Positions 8,673 to 18,084 of a stretch of DNA of 64,000 nt are shown piece by piece. Position numbers and translations under genes: made by a program. The notes beneath the pieces were generated by a model that searched no databases, was not told the origin of the DNA, and saw nothing but the letters and a program-made list of their open reading frames with translations. Numbering within the stretch: the stretch's first letter is position 1; each line of letters begins with the position of its first letter. The DNA comes from Methanobacteriota archaeon (GTDB taxonomy: Archaea; Thermoplasmatota; Poseidoniia; Poseidoniales; Thalassarchaeaceae). Location: positions 460-64,459 of the forward strand of contig PBGL02000009.1 of assembly GCA_002718995.2 (NCBI GenBank), read 5' to 3'.

Positions 8673-10796
8673 ATGGAACCGATAATGACGCTAGTCCTGA
8701 TTGTATCTTTGGTGGTTTGTGCCTACATGGCATGGAACATCGGAGCTAATGATGTTGCCAATGCAATGGGTACGTCTGTCGGGTCAAGGGCCCTTACGCT
8801 CAAGCAGGCAGTGATCATAGCCGCCATATTCGAGTTCGCAGGTGCGTTCTTCGCTGGTGACGCGGTTACGGACACCGTGCGAAAGGGCATCCTCTCTGTG
8901 GACTTCGAGACGGTCACGGAAAGCTTCGCGAACGATCTGATGTACGGGTTCATTGCGGCCATGATGGCTGCCGCGGTTTGGCTTACCGTAGCAACCAGAT
9001 ACGGGCTGCCCGTATCCACAACTCACAGCATAATCGGCGGTATTGTCGGTGTGGGGCTGGTTCTCGAGGTTCAGCATGACACCTCCCTGATCGACTGGGG
9101 GGTCATCCAGAAGGTCGTGATGTCATGGGTGGCTAGCCCGCTGATGGGCGCCCTCCTGGCGTTCTTCACTTTCTTCATAGTTAGGGAGACCATCCTCGAG
9201 GCCGACGACCCGATTGGGAGGTCGAGGTGGCTCGCACCGATACTGGCTATACCGACATTCTTCGTCCTAGGGCTGGCGCTCCAGTTCAAGGCCCTGAAGG
9301 GTTTCTTCTCGAGGGCGCAGTCAGAGGGGTGGATTGAGAGCAAGTACGACTGGTTGCCAGTCAAGGAGAACGGTTCCTGGAACCCGATGGACGCCAACGC
9401 CTGGTTCCCGATCAACAGCCTGATTCTTGCCAGCATTGTCGCTGTAATTGCGGCAGCGGTCCTCGGTTACGTCCTGAGGAACTACGAGTTCAAGGGAGAG
9501 GAGGACGGCTTCCACGGGGTCGAGAGGATTTTCGTCTGGCTGCAGGTCATCACCGCTGCCTACGTCGCCTTCGCCCATGGGGCTAACGACAGGTCGAACG
9601 CGATCGGGCCAATGGCCGCCGTGTACCAGGTCCTGTCTAGCGGCGGGGAATTGGCCGAGTCGGCTGAAGTTCCCGTTTGGCTGGTGCTCCTCGGGAGCGC
9701 TGGAATAGCGATTGGTGTTATGACCTGGGGATGGAGGGTCATGGACACCATAGGGACCAAGATCACTGACATCACGCCCACGAGGGGATTCGCTGCCGAG
9801 TTCGGGGCCGCGACCACCATACTGATCTTCTCGATGCCCTTCCTCGCAGTACCTGTCTCGACCACTCACACGCTGGTCGGAGCAGTGGTCGGCGTTGGCC
9901 TGGCTGGGGGCGCGAAGGCTGTCGACTTCAGGGTGTTCGGCAAGATCTTCGCTTCATGGGTCGCGAGCCTCCCAGCTGCTGGATTCGGCTCGATATTGAT
10001 ATTCGTCGCCGTTGCTTCTGATCCGATCAAGCTACTGGTGGTGATACCAATTGCTCTAGCCGGTGTTGGTTACGTGATTTGGAGCACGCGCGACGATGAG
10101 ATCTACGTCGAGGACGCCCTCGCTGAGGTTGGTGGCGGCCCCGAGGTCGGGTCCCCTACCTACTTCGAGCTGTTCCACACTCATGCTGAGGCGGTGAACG
10201 AGACCGTTGAGCACATGCTGGTCGCTGTCAATGCCGCTGCTGACGGAAAGGACCCGTCTGAGGAGATAGAGGCCACTGTGGCCGCTGAGCTCAGGGCTGA
10301 CAACATCAAGAACGACCTGAGGAAGGCGATTGGCTCTGGCCAGTGGAGCCTCCTCCTGAGGTCGGAGGACTTCATGGAGATGCTGAGCAAGCAGGACAGG
10401 ATAGCGGACTATGCGCAGAATGTGGCTGAGCAGCTGTCGTTCAGGCCGCTTTACGAGAATGAGGGGGCCAGGGAAGCCCTGAAGGAGATGGGAGAGTCAG
10501 TGGCAAAGACCGCTTCACTCTACGAGGAGTCGGTCACCGCACTCCGTGACCTGACCCTTTCCGGGTACACCAAGGCGGGTCGCGAGAAGCTAGGCGAGCT
10601 GATTGACAAGGTGAACCTGGCCGAGCACGATGCAGATCTAGTCGAGGGCAGGGCAGCGTCCCTGGTCTTCAGCGAGGGAGACGATGAGGCTCTCGCAGCC
10701 ATGCACATGTACAGGGTCCTACAGAGGATGGACGACGTTGCGAATGCTTGCGAGTCGGCGGCTAACGCCTTCCTTCCGATAGTCTACAACAACTAG
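8673..10796 (+). CDS. PiT-family inorganic phosphate transporter fused to a C-terminal DUF47 (PhoU-like, YkaA-type) regulatory domain
   Basis: 707 aa. It has the two PiT signatures GANDVANAMGTSVG and GANDRSNAIGP. The last ~210 aa are soluble and helical (HTHAEAVNETVEHM...LRADNIKNDLRK...LAEHDADLVEG...LQRMDDVANACE), matching the DUF47 two-repeat pattern. Confidence 0.85.
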   Translation: MEPIMTLVLIVSLVVCAYMAWNIGANDVANAMGTSVGSRALTLKQAVIIAAIFEFAGAFFAGDAVTDTVRKGILSVDFETVTESFANDLMYGFIAAMMAAAVWLTVATRYGLPVSTTHSIIGGIVGVGLVLEVQHDTSLIDWGVIQKVVMSWVASPLMGALLAFFTFFIVRETILEADDPIGRSRWLAPILAIPTFFVLGLALQFKALKGFFSRAQSEGWIESKYDWLPVKENGSWNPMDANAWFPINSLILASIVAVIAAAVLGYVLRNYEFKGEEDGFHGVERIFVWLQVITAAYVAFAHGANDRSNAIGPMAAVYQVLSSGGELAESAEVPVWLVLLGSAGIAIGVMTWGWRVMDTIGTKITDITPTRGFAAEFGAATTILIFSMPFLAVPVSTTHTLVGAVVGVGLAGGAKAVDFRVFGKIFASWVASLPAAGFGSILIFVAVASDPIKLLVVIPIALAGVGYVIWSTRDDEIYVEDALAEVGGGPEVGSPTYFELFHTHAEAVNETVEHMLVAVNAAADGKDPSEEIEATVAAELRADNIKNDLRKAIGSGQWSLLLRSEDFMEMLSKQDRIADYAQNVAEQLSFRPLYENEGAREALKEMGESVAKTASLYEESVTALRDLTLSGYTKAGREKLGELIDKVNLAEHDADLVEGRAASLVFSEGDDEALAAMHMYRVLQRMDDVANACESAANAFLPIVYNN

Positions 10797-11638
10797 TCCT
10801 GCCAGCCGCTCTCGGTGGCCATCTCTGATGGCCCCTTGCGCTCCACCATCTCCATGACGGGCAGGAAGAGCCTCCAGCAAACCACTCCCACCAATGCGCC
10901 GGTGAACAGGTCGAACAGGTAGTGCTGCTTGGTGGCGAGGATGCTTATGCATAGCAGCACCCACTCGATCCACAGTATGGCGATGAACGCGGAAGCTGCC
11001 TTGCTCTCCGGGTGCTCCCTGACGACCCAGAAGGTCATCAGCCTGGCGAGCAGGTACGAGTGGACGATGTGGAGGCTCGGCCAAGCGTTCCAGGGATTGT
11101 CGGAGAAGTGGATGAAGCCGAAGAGCGCGTCCTCCAACGCGTTGGGGGGGTGGTCCAGCCAATGGGTGTCGAGCTGGTCCCTGAGATCGATCTCGGCAGG
11201 CAGCGCCATGAAGAAGAAGACGCACAGCATCGTGGCGAGCGCTAGCCCCTGGATTCCCAGTGCTAGCTCCATCCTGCCCCTGTCATCACGGGGGGCGATG
11301 AAGAGTGTCGCTGGGTAGAAGAGGTACAGCGCGGCATACGGAATGATCATCCAATTTATCACGGGGAAGTCTCGGTCGAAGGCTATCTCGGGATCCCAGA
11401 CGGTCGAAAGGTAGCTTGCCGCGATGTTGTTTGAAGCGAAGTAGGGGATCGCCACGCAGGACACACCCAATGCGAATACGAACAGGGTGAACATCCACCC
11501 GCCCATGTCCTCCCTGCGAGACCACATTGGCCTCCACACGCCCTTCCAGGGCAGGAGAATAGACAGTGGCGCCCTTCCATCCACGAGCACGCGAAGCAGG
11601 GTTCGTTCATGAACAAAGCGCAAGGGCCGCTCATTCAT
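10793..11638 (-). CDS. PAP2-superfamily membrane protein (PAP2_3 / phosphoinositol-ceramide-synthase-like)
   Basis: 281 aa and polytopic. It has a C2-like WPSLHIVHS and a C3-like TKQHYLFDLFTGALVG (H-x3-D). Confidence 0.5.
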   Translation of the reverse strand: MNERPLRFVHERTLLRVLVDGRAPLSILLPWKGVWRPMWSRREDMGGWMFTLFVFALGVSCVAIPYFASNNIAASYLSTVWDPEIAFDRDFPVINWMIIPYAALYLFYPATLFIAPRDDRGRMELALGIQGLALATMLCVFFFMALPAEIDLRDQLDTHWLDHPPNALEDALFGFIHFSDNPWNAWPSLHIVHSYLLARLMTFWVVREHPESKAASAFIAILWIEWVLLCISILATKQHYLFDLFTGALVGVVCWRLFLPVMEMVERKGPSEMATESGWQD

Positions 11639-13094
11639 CGTCAGGGAGTGCGAAGGACCCAGCGACCGTCACGATGGAGGAGCCTATTACCGCTGAGAGG
11701 AATACGTGCAGGTTCGCTAGGCCGAACTCGTTTGTAGGCGAGAAGACGTAATCGATGCCAGTCCAGATATCCGCGGTATACGCGCCGTAGAGGACCACGG
11801 AGAGCAGTCCGCAGACAGCGCCAATCAGTGCGCCCTTGGAAGAGACCCCCTCCCACAGGGTGAGTAGGACCGGCATCACCGTTGCAGCTGCTAGCAAGTC
11901 GGCGAACAGGAATATCTGAAACACGCCGCCCGCATCGAAGGCGGATATTCCAATTAGGGGTATGGTGAAAGGAAGTGTTGGCCCGGTGGCCAGATAGATT
12001 GCTATGGGAATCATGCCGATTGTCAAGTAACGCGCATTCTGCAGACTCATCGTGCTATCGCTGAGGTCTCTTGATATCGAAGCCACAATGGCATTTTGCA
12101 GGGTATCGACGCTGGAGCATACCAGAGCGATTGCAAGGACGATGAATGCGGCTACAAACAGAACACCGGCATCCTCAATCAGGTAGAAGAAGGCTGCAGA
12201 TGGGTCGGTAACGGCCCCCTGCCCAGCGACGACGGTCCCGAGGACGCCCATCACGAATACCAGCGGGAGGACGAGGGCCGCAGCGAGCCATGCCCCCTTG
12301 GCCAGGGCCTCGTCGGACTCAGACGCCCACGCCCGCTGCCAGTTCCCCTGGGAGAACATCTCAGCAGCGGTGATAGCGATGATCAGAGCCAGGCCCGACT
12401 CGAAAGAGTCCATGTACGACATAGACCCGATGCTCCAGGAGTCTTCGGGGTTGTATGCCCTGGCATCATCAATCAGCCCCCCGATGTCTCCGCCGAAAAG
12501 AACGAGCAGGAGGGCCACCACGAGGAACATGATGGTCCACGCCTGGACTCTGTCGGTCGCTAGGGATGCTGGAAGGCCGCCTCTGGATACGTACCCTGCG
12601 GTGACAATCCCAACAAGTGCCATGGGGATTAGCGGCTCCATCCCGGAGAGAGTCTCCATCCCCTTGCCGATTGCAGTGAACTCGGCGAACAGGAAGGTGA
12701 ACATGTACAGCACCGAAATCAGCCCCACGTAGACCTGCATTGGCCTGCCTAGGCGGATGCGCACGTAGTCGGCCAGAGTCACTCCCGACGGCAGCCTCTC
12801 GCGGATCATCGGTCCGACATACGCCAGAAGTAGGAATGGCGTGGACGCGGAGACGGCGTAGCCGACTACATCCCAGAACCCGCCGTAGTAGCCGACCTCC
12901 GATGGGCCGAAAAGGATCCATATCCCCATCCCGGAGGCGAACAGGCTCAGCCCGATTCGCAGCCAGTCCTGCGAGCCCCTGGCCGAGAGGTAGTCATCGG
13001 CCTCGATCTCCTTGGCATTCGATGCTTGGTATCCGATGTAACCGAAGACACCCAGCGTTGCAATCATCAATCCGTATGCGATATTCGTATCCAT
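11631..13094 (-). CDS. Sodium:solute symporter (SSS) family transporter
   Basis: 487 aa with about 13 TM segments. The N-terminal DDYLSARGSQDWLRIGLSLFASGMG is typical of the SSS family. GGAGG lies 8 nt upstream of the ATG. The gene is downstream of P5C dehydrogenase, so a proline-type substrate is plausible. Confidence 0.75.
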   Translation of the reverse strand: MDTNIAYGLMIATLGVFGYIGYQASNAKEIEADDYLSARGSQDWLRIGLSLFASGMGIWILFGPSEVGYYGGFWDVVGYAVSASTPFLLLAYVGPMIRERLPSGVTLADYVRIRLGRPMQVYVGLISVLYMFTFLFAEFTAIGKGMETLSGMEPLIPMALVGIVTAGYVSRGGLPASLATDRVQAWTIMFLVVALLLVLFGGDIGGLIDDARAYNPEDSWSIGSMSYMDSFESGLALIIAITAAEMFSQGNWQRAWASESDEALAKGAWLAAALVLPLVFVMGVLGTVVAGQGAVTDPSAAFFYLIEDAGVLFVAAFIVLAIALVCSSVDTLQNAIVASISRDLSDSTMSLQNARYLTIGMIPIAIYLATGPTLPFTIPLIGISAFDAGGVFQIFLFADLLAAATVMPVLLTLWEGVSSKGALIGAVCGLLSVVLYGAYTADIWTGIDYVFSPTNEFGLANLHVFLSAVIGSSIVTVAGSFALPDDE

Positions 13095-13213
13095 TTCTCT
13101 CCCTCCGCTGGTATTACCCAGATCAGGTCAAGGGGTCGTCGCCTCGCGGCGACCTCTCAGCACTAAGCTCCCCCGTTTCCCCCATGGGAAACAGGATATT
13201 CAATGTTGGGACC

Positions 13214-14854
13214 TCATTCGTCCGCTCCCATGAACGGGTATGTCCAGTCCTGGGGTATGTCGAGGGTCCTCTTGACTGAGCGTGGCGATATCCACCGGAG
13301 CAGGTTGAGGGGGCCCCCTGCCTTGTCGTTGGTGCCAGACGCCCTAGCCCCTCCGAATGGCTGCTGGGCCACTACGGCCCCGGTTGGCTTGTCGTTGATG
13401 TAGAAGTTCCCGGCAGTGAACCTGAGGGCCTCGTAGGCCTTCTGGACGTTCTCCTCGGAGCTCGAGAATATTGAACCGGTCAGTGCGTAGGGAGAAGCCT
13501 TGTCACATACTTCTAGGACGCTCTCGAAGTCTTCGTCGTCGTAGAGGTAGACTGTCAGGACGGGGCCGAATATCTCCTCTATCATGGACTCGGAGTCCGG
13601 ATCGGTGGTTACGATTACCGTTGGCTCGATGAAGTACCCTACCGAGTCGTCATACCCCCCTCCGCAGACGATCTCGCAGGTGTCTCTCTCGGATGCCCTG
13701 TCGATGTATCCGGAGATCTTGTCGAACGCCCTCTTGTCGATGACCGCGGTCATGAAGTTAGTGAAGTCCCTGGCATCGCCCATCTTTATTTTGCCAATCT
13801 CCGTTATCAGGTCCTCTGAAATCCCCTCCCATACGGACCGTGGGACGTAAGCGCGGCTTGCCGCTGAGCACTTCTGCCCCTGATACTCGAATGACCCCCT
13901 GAGCAGGGCCACTAGAAGGCCCCTCCTGTCGCAGTCCGGGTGAGCGACCACGAAGTCCTTGCCTCCCGTCTCGCCCACTATGCGCGGGTATGACCGTAGT
14001 CCCGGCAGTGCCAGCCCTATCTCCTGCCAGAGCCCCTGGAAGGTAGCGGTCGAGCCAGTGAAGTGCAGGCCCGCGAAGTCGGGGTTGGACAGTGCGACTT
14101 CCGTGATCTCGGCACCCGATCCGGGGAGGAAATTGATTACCCCGGGAGGAAGCCCCGCTTCCATCATGAGTTGCATCAGAACGTAGTTTGAGAGGTATGA
14201 GTTCCTACTAGGCTTCCAGACGCCGGTGCACCCGACGATTGCCGGTGCGCTGGGTAGGTTCGCAGCGATACTCGAGAAGTTGAACGGGGTTATCGATAGT
14301 ACGAATCCCTCGAGGGGGCGGATGTCAGTAGTGTTCAGGACGCCCTCGGGAGAGACCAGGGGCTGGAAGTCGTCATGGAAGCCCCTGGCATAGTGGCAGT
14401 TGAACCTCCAGAAGTCTATCAGCTCGCATGCAGCGTCTATCTCGGCCTGGAACGCCGTCTTGGATTGGTTTAGCATGGTTGCCGCGTTGACCCTCATCCT
14501 CCAGTCGCCGGCAAGCAAGTCTGCGCACCTCTCGAAAATCTCGCACCTTGCCTCGAGGCCCATCCCTATCCACTCGCCCTGGGCGTTGACCGCTGCATCG
14601 CAGGCCGCCTCAATCTGATCTCTGCCTGCAAGGTGGACTTTGGCGATAACGTGCCCGTGGTCATGAGGCACGACTTGGGTCGTCGTGGTCCCAGTGTAGA
14701 CCTCCTCGCCATTGATGATGCAGGGTATCTCGATGACCTCGGACAGCTGCCTGTCGATCTCTTCCATCAGAGACTCTCTTTCGGAACTTCCTGGAGCATA
14801 TCCCAATATTGGCTCATTCGTGGGTTGTTCCGGCATGACGCTCGCTGGTGGCAC
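13214..14854 (-). CDS. L-glutamate gamma-semialdehyde (1-pyrroline-5-carboxylate) dehydrogenase
   Basis: 546 aa ALDH fold. Motifs FTGSTATF, VGETGGKDF and FEYQGQKCSAASR (catalytic Cys), plus the long N-terminus typical of stand-alone P5CDH. Confidence 0.8.
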   Translation of the reverse strand: MPPASVMPEQPTNEPILGYAPGSSERESLMEEIDRQLSEVIEIPCIINGEEVYTGTTTTQVVPHDHGHVIAKVHLAGRDQIEAACDAAVNAQGEWIGMGLEARCEIFERCADLLAGDWRMRVNAATMLNQSKTAFQAEIDAACELIDFWRFNCHYARGFHDDFQPLVSPEGVLNTTDIRPLEGFVLSITPFNFSSIAANLPSAPAIVGCTGVWKPSRNSYLSNYVLMQLMMEAGLPPGVINFLPGSGAEITEVALSNPDFAGLHFTGSTATFQGLWQEIGLALPGLRSYPRIVGETGGKDFVVAHPDCDRRGLLVALLRGSFEYQGQKCSAASRAYVPRSVWEGISEDLITEIGKIKMGDARDFTNFMTAVIDKRAFDKISGYIDRASERDTCEIVCGGGYDDSVGYFIEPTVIVTTDPDSESMIEEIFGPVLTVYLYDDEDFESVLEVCDKASPYALTGSIFSSSEENVQKAYEALRFTAGNFYINDKPTGAVVAQQPFGGARASGTNDKAGGPLNLLRWISPRSVKRTLDIPQDWTYPFMGADE

Positions 14855-14884
14855 CCATCTAACATTGTTACGATTGGGGATTTT

Positions 14885-15172
14885 CTAAGTCCACTCGGTA
14901 GGCTCGTCCTTCTTGGCCTTCTTCCAGTGCCTGTAGCAGGACTTGCAAACGGTGATCCTGCGAGAGTCCCTGCTGAGTCCAGACTCGCCCCAAACATCTG
15001 CCGCTCTGTCGAACGCTAGCTTACGTCCACCGACCTTCTTGTCTGCCCAGTTCTGGCATCCTGCGACATCGCATCTGACCTCCCCCACGTACTCCTCGTC
15101 CGACTTGGAGGACGAGTTGGAGCCTAGACCAGCCTCCTTCCGCCTCTTGCGGGCGTTGGACTTGAATCCCAT
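14885..15172 (-). CDS. Small basic four-cysteine (zinc-ribbon-like) protein, function unknown
   Basis: 95 aa. It has the cysteine pairs CDVAGC and CKSC, with Lys/Arg-rich termini. It sits in a gap that no other frame explains. Confidence 0.4.
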   Translation of the reverse strand: MGFKSNARKRRKEAGLGSNSSSKSDEEYVGEVRCDVAGCQNWADKKVGGRKLAFDRAADVWGESGLSRDSRRITVCKSCYRHWKKAKKDEPTEWT

Positions 15173-15195
15173 GAGGTTCCGCCGGAGTCGGCCGA

Positions 15196-16611
15196 TTAGA
15201 AGGTTGCCTCGACGGAGTCGACATCGAATGGGCCTCCGGAGCTGGCTATGGAGGCACGACGGTCCGGTCCGACGCCTACGCTGACGACCGGGATGCCGGA
15301 AAGCTCCTCTATCCTGCGGACGTATCTGAGAACGGCCTCTGGCATTGAGGCTAGGCCCGAGCCTGATGACCTAGACCCATCGGCCATGGCTATCCACTCA
15401 TCGTCGGACAGTGCTGGGAAGCCGGGGTGAGTCTCGTAAACCGGGATGCACCTGGCTAGATCGTCACAGCTGGTGGGCATGACTCCGATGACTTCGCCGT
15501 CCAGCTCGTATCCGATGCATATCTTGATCTCGTCGAGACCGCCCAGCACGTCTAGCTTGGTCAGCACAAGCCCTGTGTAGCCGTTTATCCTGTGGCTGTC
15601 CTTTAGGGCCACCATGTCAAGCCACCCGGTCCTCCTGGGCCTCCCTGTTGTGGTTCCGAATTCATGGCCCACCATCGCCATGTGATTTCCTGGGCCATCC
15701 TCGTACGGGAGTTCGGTCGGGAAGGGGCCGTTTCCGACCCTGGTCGTGTATGCCTTGGAGATTCCGAAGCACTGTGAGACGTGTCCGGGGTGTATCCCAG
15801 CGCCATGGGTCGCATTTGCCCTGCTAGTGACAGAGGAGGTCACAAACGGGTAGGTGCCCTGGTCTATGTCGAGCATTGCCCCCTGGGCACCTTCTAAGAG
15901 GACGTTCTCGCCATTCCTGAGCGCCTCGTCGACCATCAGCCCAGTGGGCCTAATTGCGTCTCCGAACCTCTCTATAACCCACTTCAAGTCCGACATTAGC
16001 CCTTCGGGCTCTATCTTGTCATCGACGCCTACTGCTGCGAGTTGCTTGTTCATCCTCTGTGCGGCCTCGCTCACCTTGGCTTCGTCCGAGGCTACGCCTA
16101 CCAAGTCTACGAATCTGATGCCGACCCTCTCAATCCGATCCCTGTAGGCCGGGCCGATCCCCCTGCCGGTAGTTCCGACGACCCTGTCCGCACTGTCATA
16201 CATCCTGTGGAATGGCAGGATTACCGAGGCCCTCTCGCTGATGAAAAGACGGTTGCCCTCCGGGCTCTCCCCTGTGAGTTCCCTCCACCTGTCCAGTTCC
16301 TCCTCGAGGACCCATGGGTCGATGACCATCCCATCCCCGAGGACGAGCTTGCAGTTCTCCGCGGTCACTCCAGAGGGTATCTGATGTAGCTTGAGGGTCG
16401 TATCACCGAGGACTATGGTGTGTCCTGCATTGTTACCGCCTTGGAACCTGACTGCCCACGTTGAGTCCGCCGCTAGCTGGTCTATCGCCTTCCCCTTTCC
16501 CTCGTCCCCCCACTGGGCTCCGAGCACGACGCTAGCTGGCACCGTATATTGGGGCGGCGCAGTTGGTGTTTGATGCTTTGGATGCCGGAGGTGCCGAAAA
16601 ATACGTGGCAA
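15196..16611 (-). CDS. purA: Adenylosuccinate synthetase
   Basis: 471 aa. Motifs [19 protein letters not shown] and [10 protein letters not shown]. The N-terminal 25 aa are unusual, and GTG 16542 is an alternative start. Confidence 0.9.
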   Translation of the reverse strand: MPRIFRHLRHPKHQTPTAPPQYTVPASVVLGAQWGDEGKGKAIDQLAADSTWAVRFQGGNNAGHTIVLGDTTLKLHQIPSGVTAENCKLVLGDGMVIDPWVLEEELDRWRELTGESPEGNRLFISERASVILPFHRMYDSADRVVGTTGRGIGPAYRDRIERVGIRFVDLVGVASDEAKVSEAAQRMNKQLAAVGVDDKIEPEGLMSDLKWVIERFGDAIRPTGLMVDEALRNGENVLLEGAQGAMLDIDQGTYPFVTSSVTSRANATHGAGIHPGHVSQCFGISKAYTTRVGNGPFPTELPYEDGPGNHMAMVGHEFGTTTGRPRRTGWLDMVALKDSHRINGYTGLVLTKLDVLGGLDEIKICIGYELDGEVIGVMPTSCDDLARCIPVYETHPGFPALSDDEWIAMADGSRSSGSGLASMPEAVLRYVRRIEELSGIPVVSVGVGPDRRASIASSGGPFDVDSVEATF

Positions 16612-16654
16612 ACCTCACGAAGCGGTTATGAAGGGCATGCAGGTCGGCGGTCTG

Positions 16655-16819
16655 ATGGCTCAGAGGCACCCTGTCGCAGAAGCTCGACTTCTGAAGAAGT
16701 GGATATGCATGAAGTGCTCTGCCACCCACAGGGGCACCAAGAAGCCTAGGGCATGCCGAAAGTGCGGCTACAAGAACTTCAGGCCCAAGTCAGCAGAGAG
16801 GCGCCAAGGCGGCGCGTGA
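16655..16819 (+). CDS. rpl40e: 50S ribosomal protein L40e
   Basis: Motif [36 protein letters not shown] (C-x2-C...C-x2-C). I set the start at the third ATG of ORF 16628..16819. Confidence 0.8.
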   Translation: MAQRHPVAEARLLKKWICMKCSATHRGTKKPRACRKCGYKNFRPKSAERRQGGA

Positions 16820-16894
16820 TCTCTGACTGGGCAATCTTATCGATTGACAGTACACTCTCCCGGCTAGTGTGCACCGGTAATGCATAAGCCTGTT

Positions 16895-17263
16895 CTATGA
16901 CCTTTTGACTTCCGACATCAGAGTCTCAAGGGCCGTCTGAATCTGCAGGCACAGGGGACCGTAGTGGATAGGGAGGTTCGTGTCATTGAATATCTCGTCT
17001 AGCTTGGAGGCGGTCATCCCCAGCCTTACGTCCATATCCTTGTCCGTATTGAGTAGCCACTGATCGACAGACTCCTTGGCGGAAGCCCTGATGTTGCGAG
17101 GGACCTGGCTGTCGTCCAACTGGGCGAGGACCTGGGCTATCTGCTGGATTCTAGCTTCAATGTCAGTCAATTCAATCCCTCCATTCGCGGCGACCGGTGA
17201 GTGCTCCTTAAGCACATCCCCCCGGCGAACCTCGTCAGCACTCAGCCATGCCACTCTGCCCAT
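16895..17263 (-). CDS. UPF0147 family protein (archaeal)
   Basis: Motifs QVPRNIRASAKES and DTNLPIHYGPLCLQIQTALETL match the UPF0147 pattern. Start 17263 overlaps the upstream gene by 22 nt. GTG 17215 is an alternative start. Confidence 0.55.
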   Translation of the reverse strand: MGRVAWLSADEVRRGDVLKEHSPVAANGGIELTDIEARIQQIAQVLAQLDDSQVPRNIRASAKESVDQWLLNTDKDMDVRLGMTASKLDEIFNDTNLPIHYGPLCLQIQTALETLMSEVKRS

Positions 17264-18036
17264 GGCATATCCGTGTTTGAAAATCCCGACCCAGGGCCAT
17301 CCCTGCCTAGTGCAATAAGGCCCACTGAGACTCCGTCGTCAATGAGTTCCGAAATGCCCCAAGACATTGCATCTTGGATTGAGGCGTTATCGCGTAATGC
17401 CCTCTCTCCGACCCTGTAGCTTAGGAGCGCGGTGGTTATCGCCTCGCCCTCGCCCGTAGCTGCTACTGAGAGGTCTCTCGACGCCCAGAATCCACAACCG
17501 GGAAGTGGGACATCGCCAACCCTGCCAGGGGGCCTGTAACTGCACCCCCCTGTACTAGTTGCGCATGCCATTGCGCCAGTGGAATCCCTCGTAATGACTC
17601 CTACCGTATCACCGACCTCTTCCACAGGCTGCCTCCCCTCGACCGGGGCCCTTTTGTGGCCCTTCGAGTCGGCCCACGACCTTGCCCCCCCTCCCGTGAG
17701 TCCGTTGATTGGCTCATCCAAGAGATCGGCAGCAACTCGTATTGGGTTTGGAGTGTCTTCCATCGCGATCACGAAACCCATCCTGCCATCGCTTAGATGG
17801 AGGGATGCGTCCAGGAGCACTGAGCCATCGTTACGGAAAACCCCACCCGTTCCTGCGTTGAAGACCGGATCGTCCTCCAAGATGACGCATGCCTCTACGG
17901 CTGCTTCGAGTGCGGAGGCCCCAGATTGAAGGAGTTTCGACGCGACCTTGACCGCCTCTTCCACGTTCTTCTGCCTATCTGGCCCTGGCCCGGCACCCCC
18001 GTGTGCTACGACCGCTGGTATCGACTCCGACATCAC
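17242..18036 (-). CDS. Isoaspartyl peptidase / plant-type L-asparaginase (Ntn hydrolase)
   Basis: 264 aa. Motifs VVAHGGAG, DPVFNAGTGG and GDTVGVI (autoprocessing Thr), followed by ATSTGG. Confidence 0.8.
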   Translation of the reverse strand: MMSESIPAVVAHGGAGPGPDRQKNVEEAVKVASKLLQSGASALEAAVEACVILEDDPVFNAGTGGVFRNDGSVLLDASLHLSDGRMGFVIAMEDTPNPIRVAADLLDEPINGLTGGGARSWADSKGHKRAPVEGRQPVEEVGDTVGVITRDSTGAMACATSTGGCSYRPPGRVGDVPLPGCGFWASRDLSVAATGEGEAITTALLSYRVGERALRDNASIQDAMSWGISELIDDGVSVGLIALGRDGPGSGFSNTDMPWAEWHG

Positions 18037-18084
18037 ATCCCCCGCCCTAGGAATGGGAACAGGGACTTAGTTAGAACGGTCGGA

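Noticed and set aside
12740-13279. A 179-aa plus-strand ORF bridging the SSS start, the spacer and the P5CDH end.
   Set aside because: It is an Arg/Ser/Pro-rich antisense product overlapping two confidently assigned genes. It is not supported.
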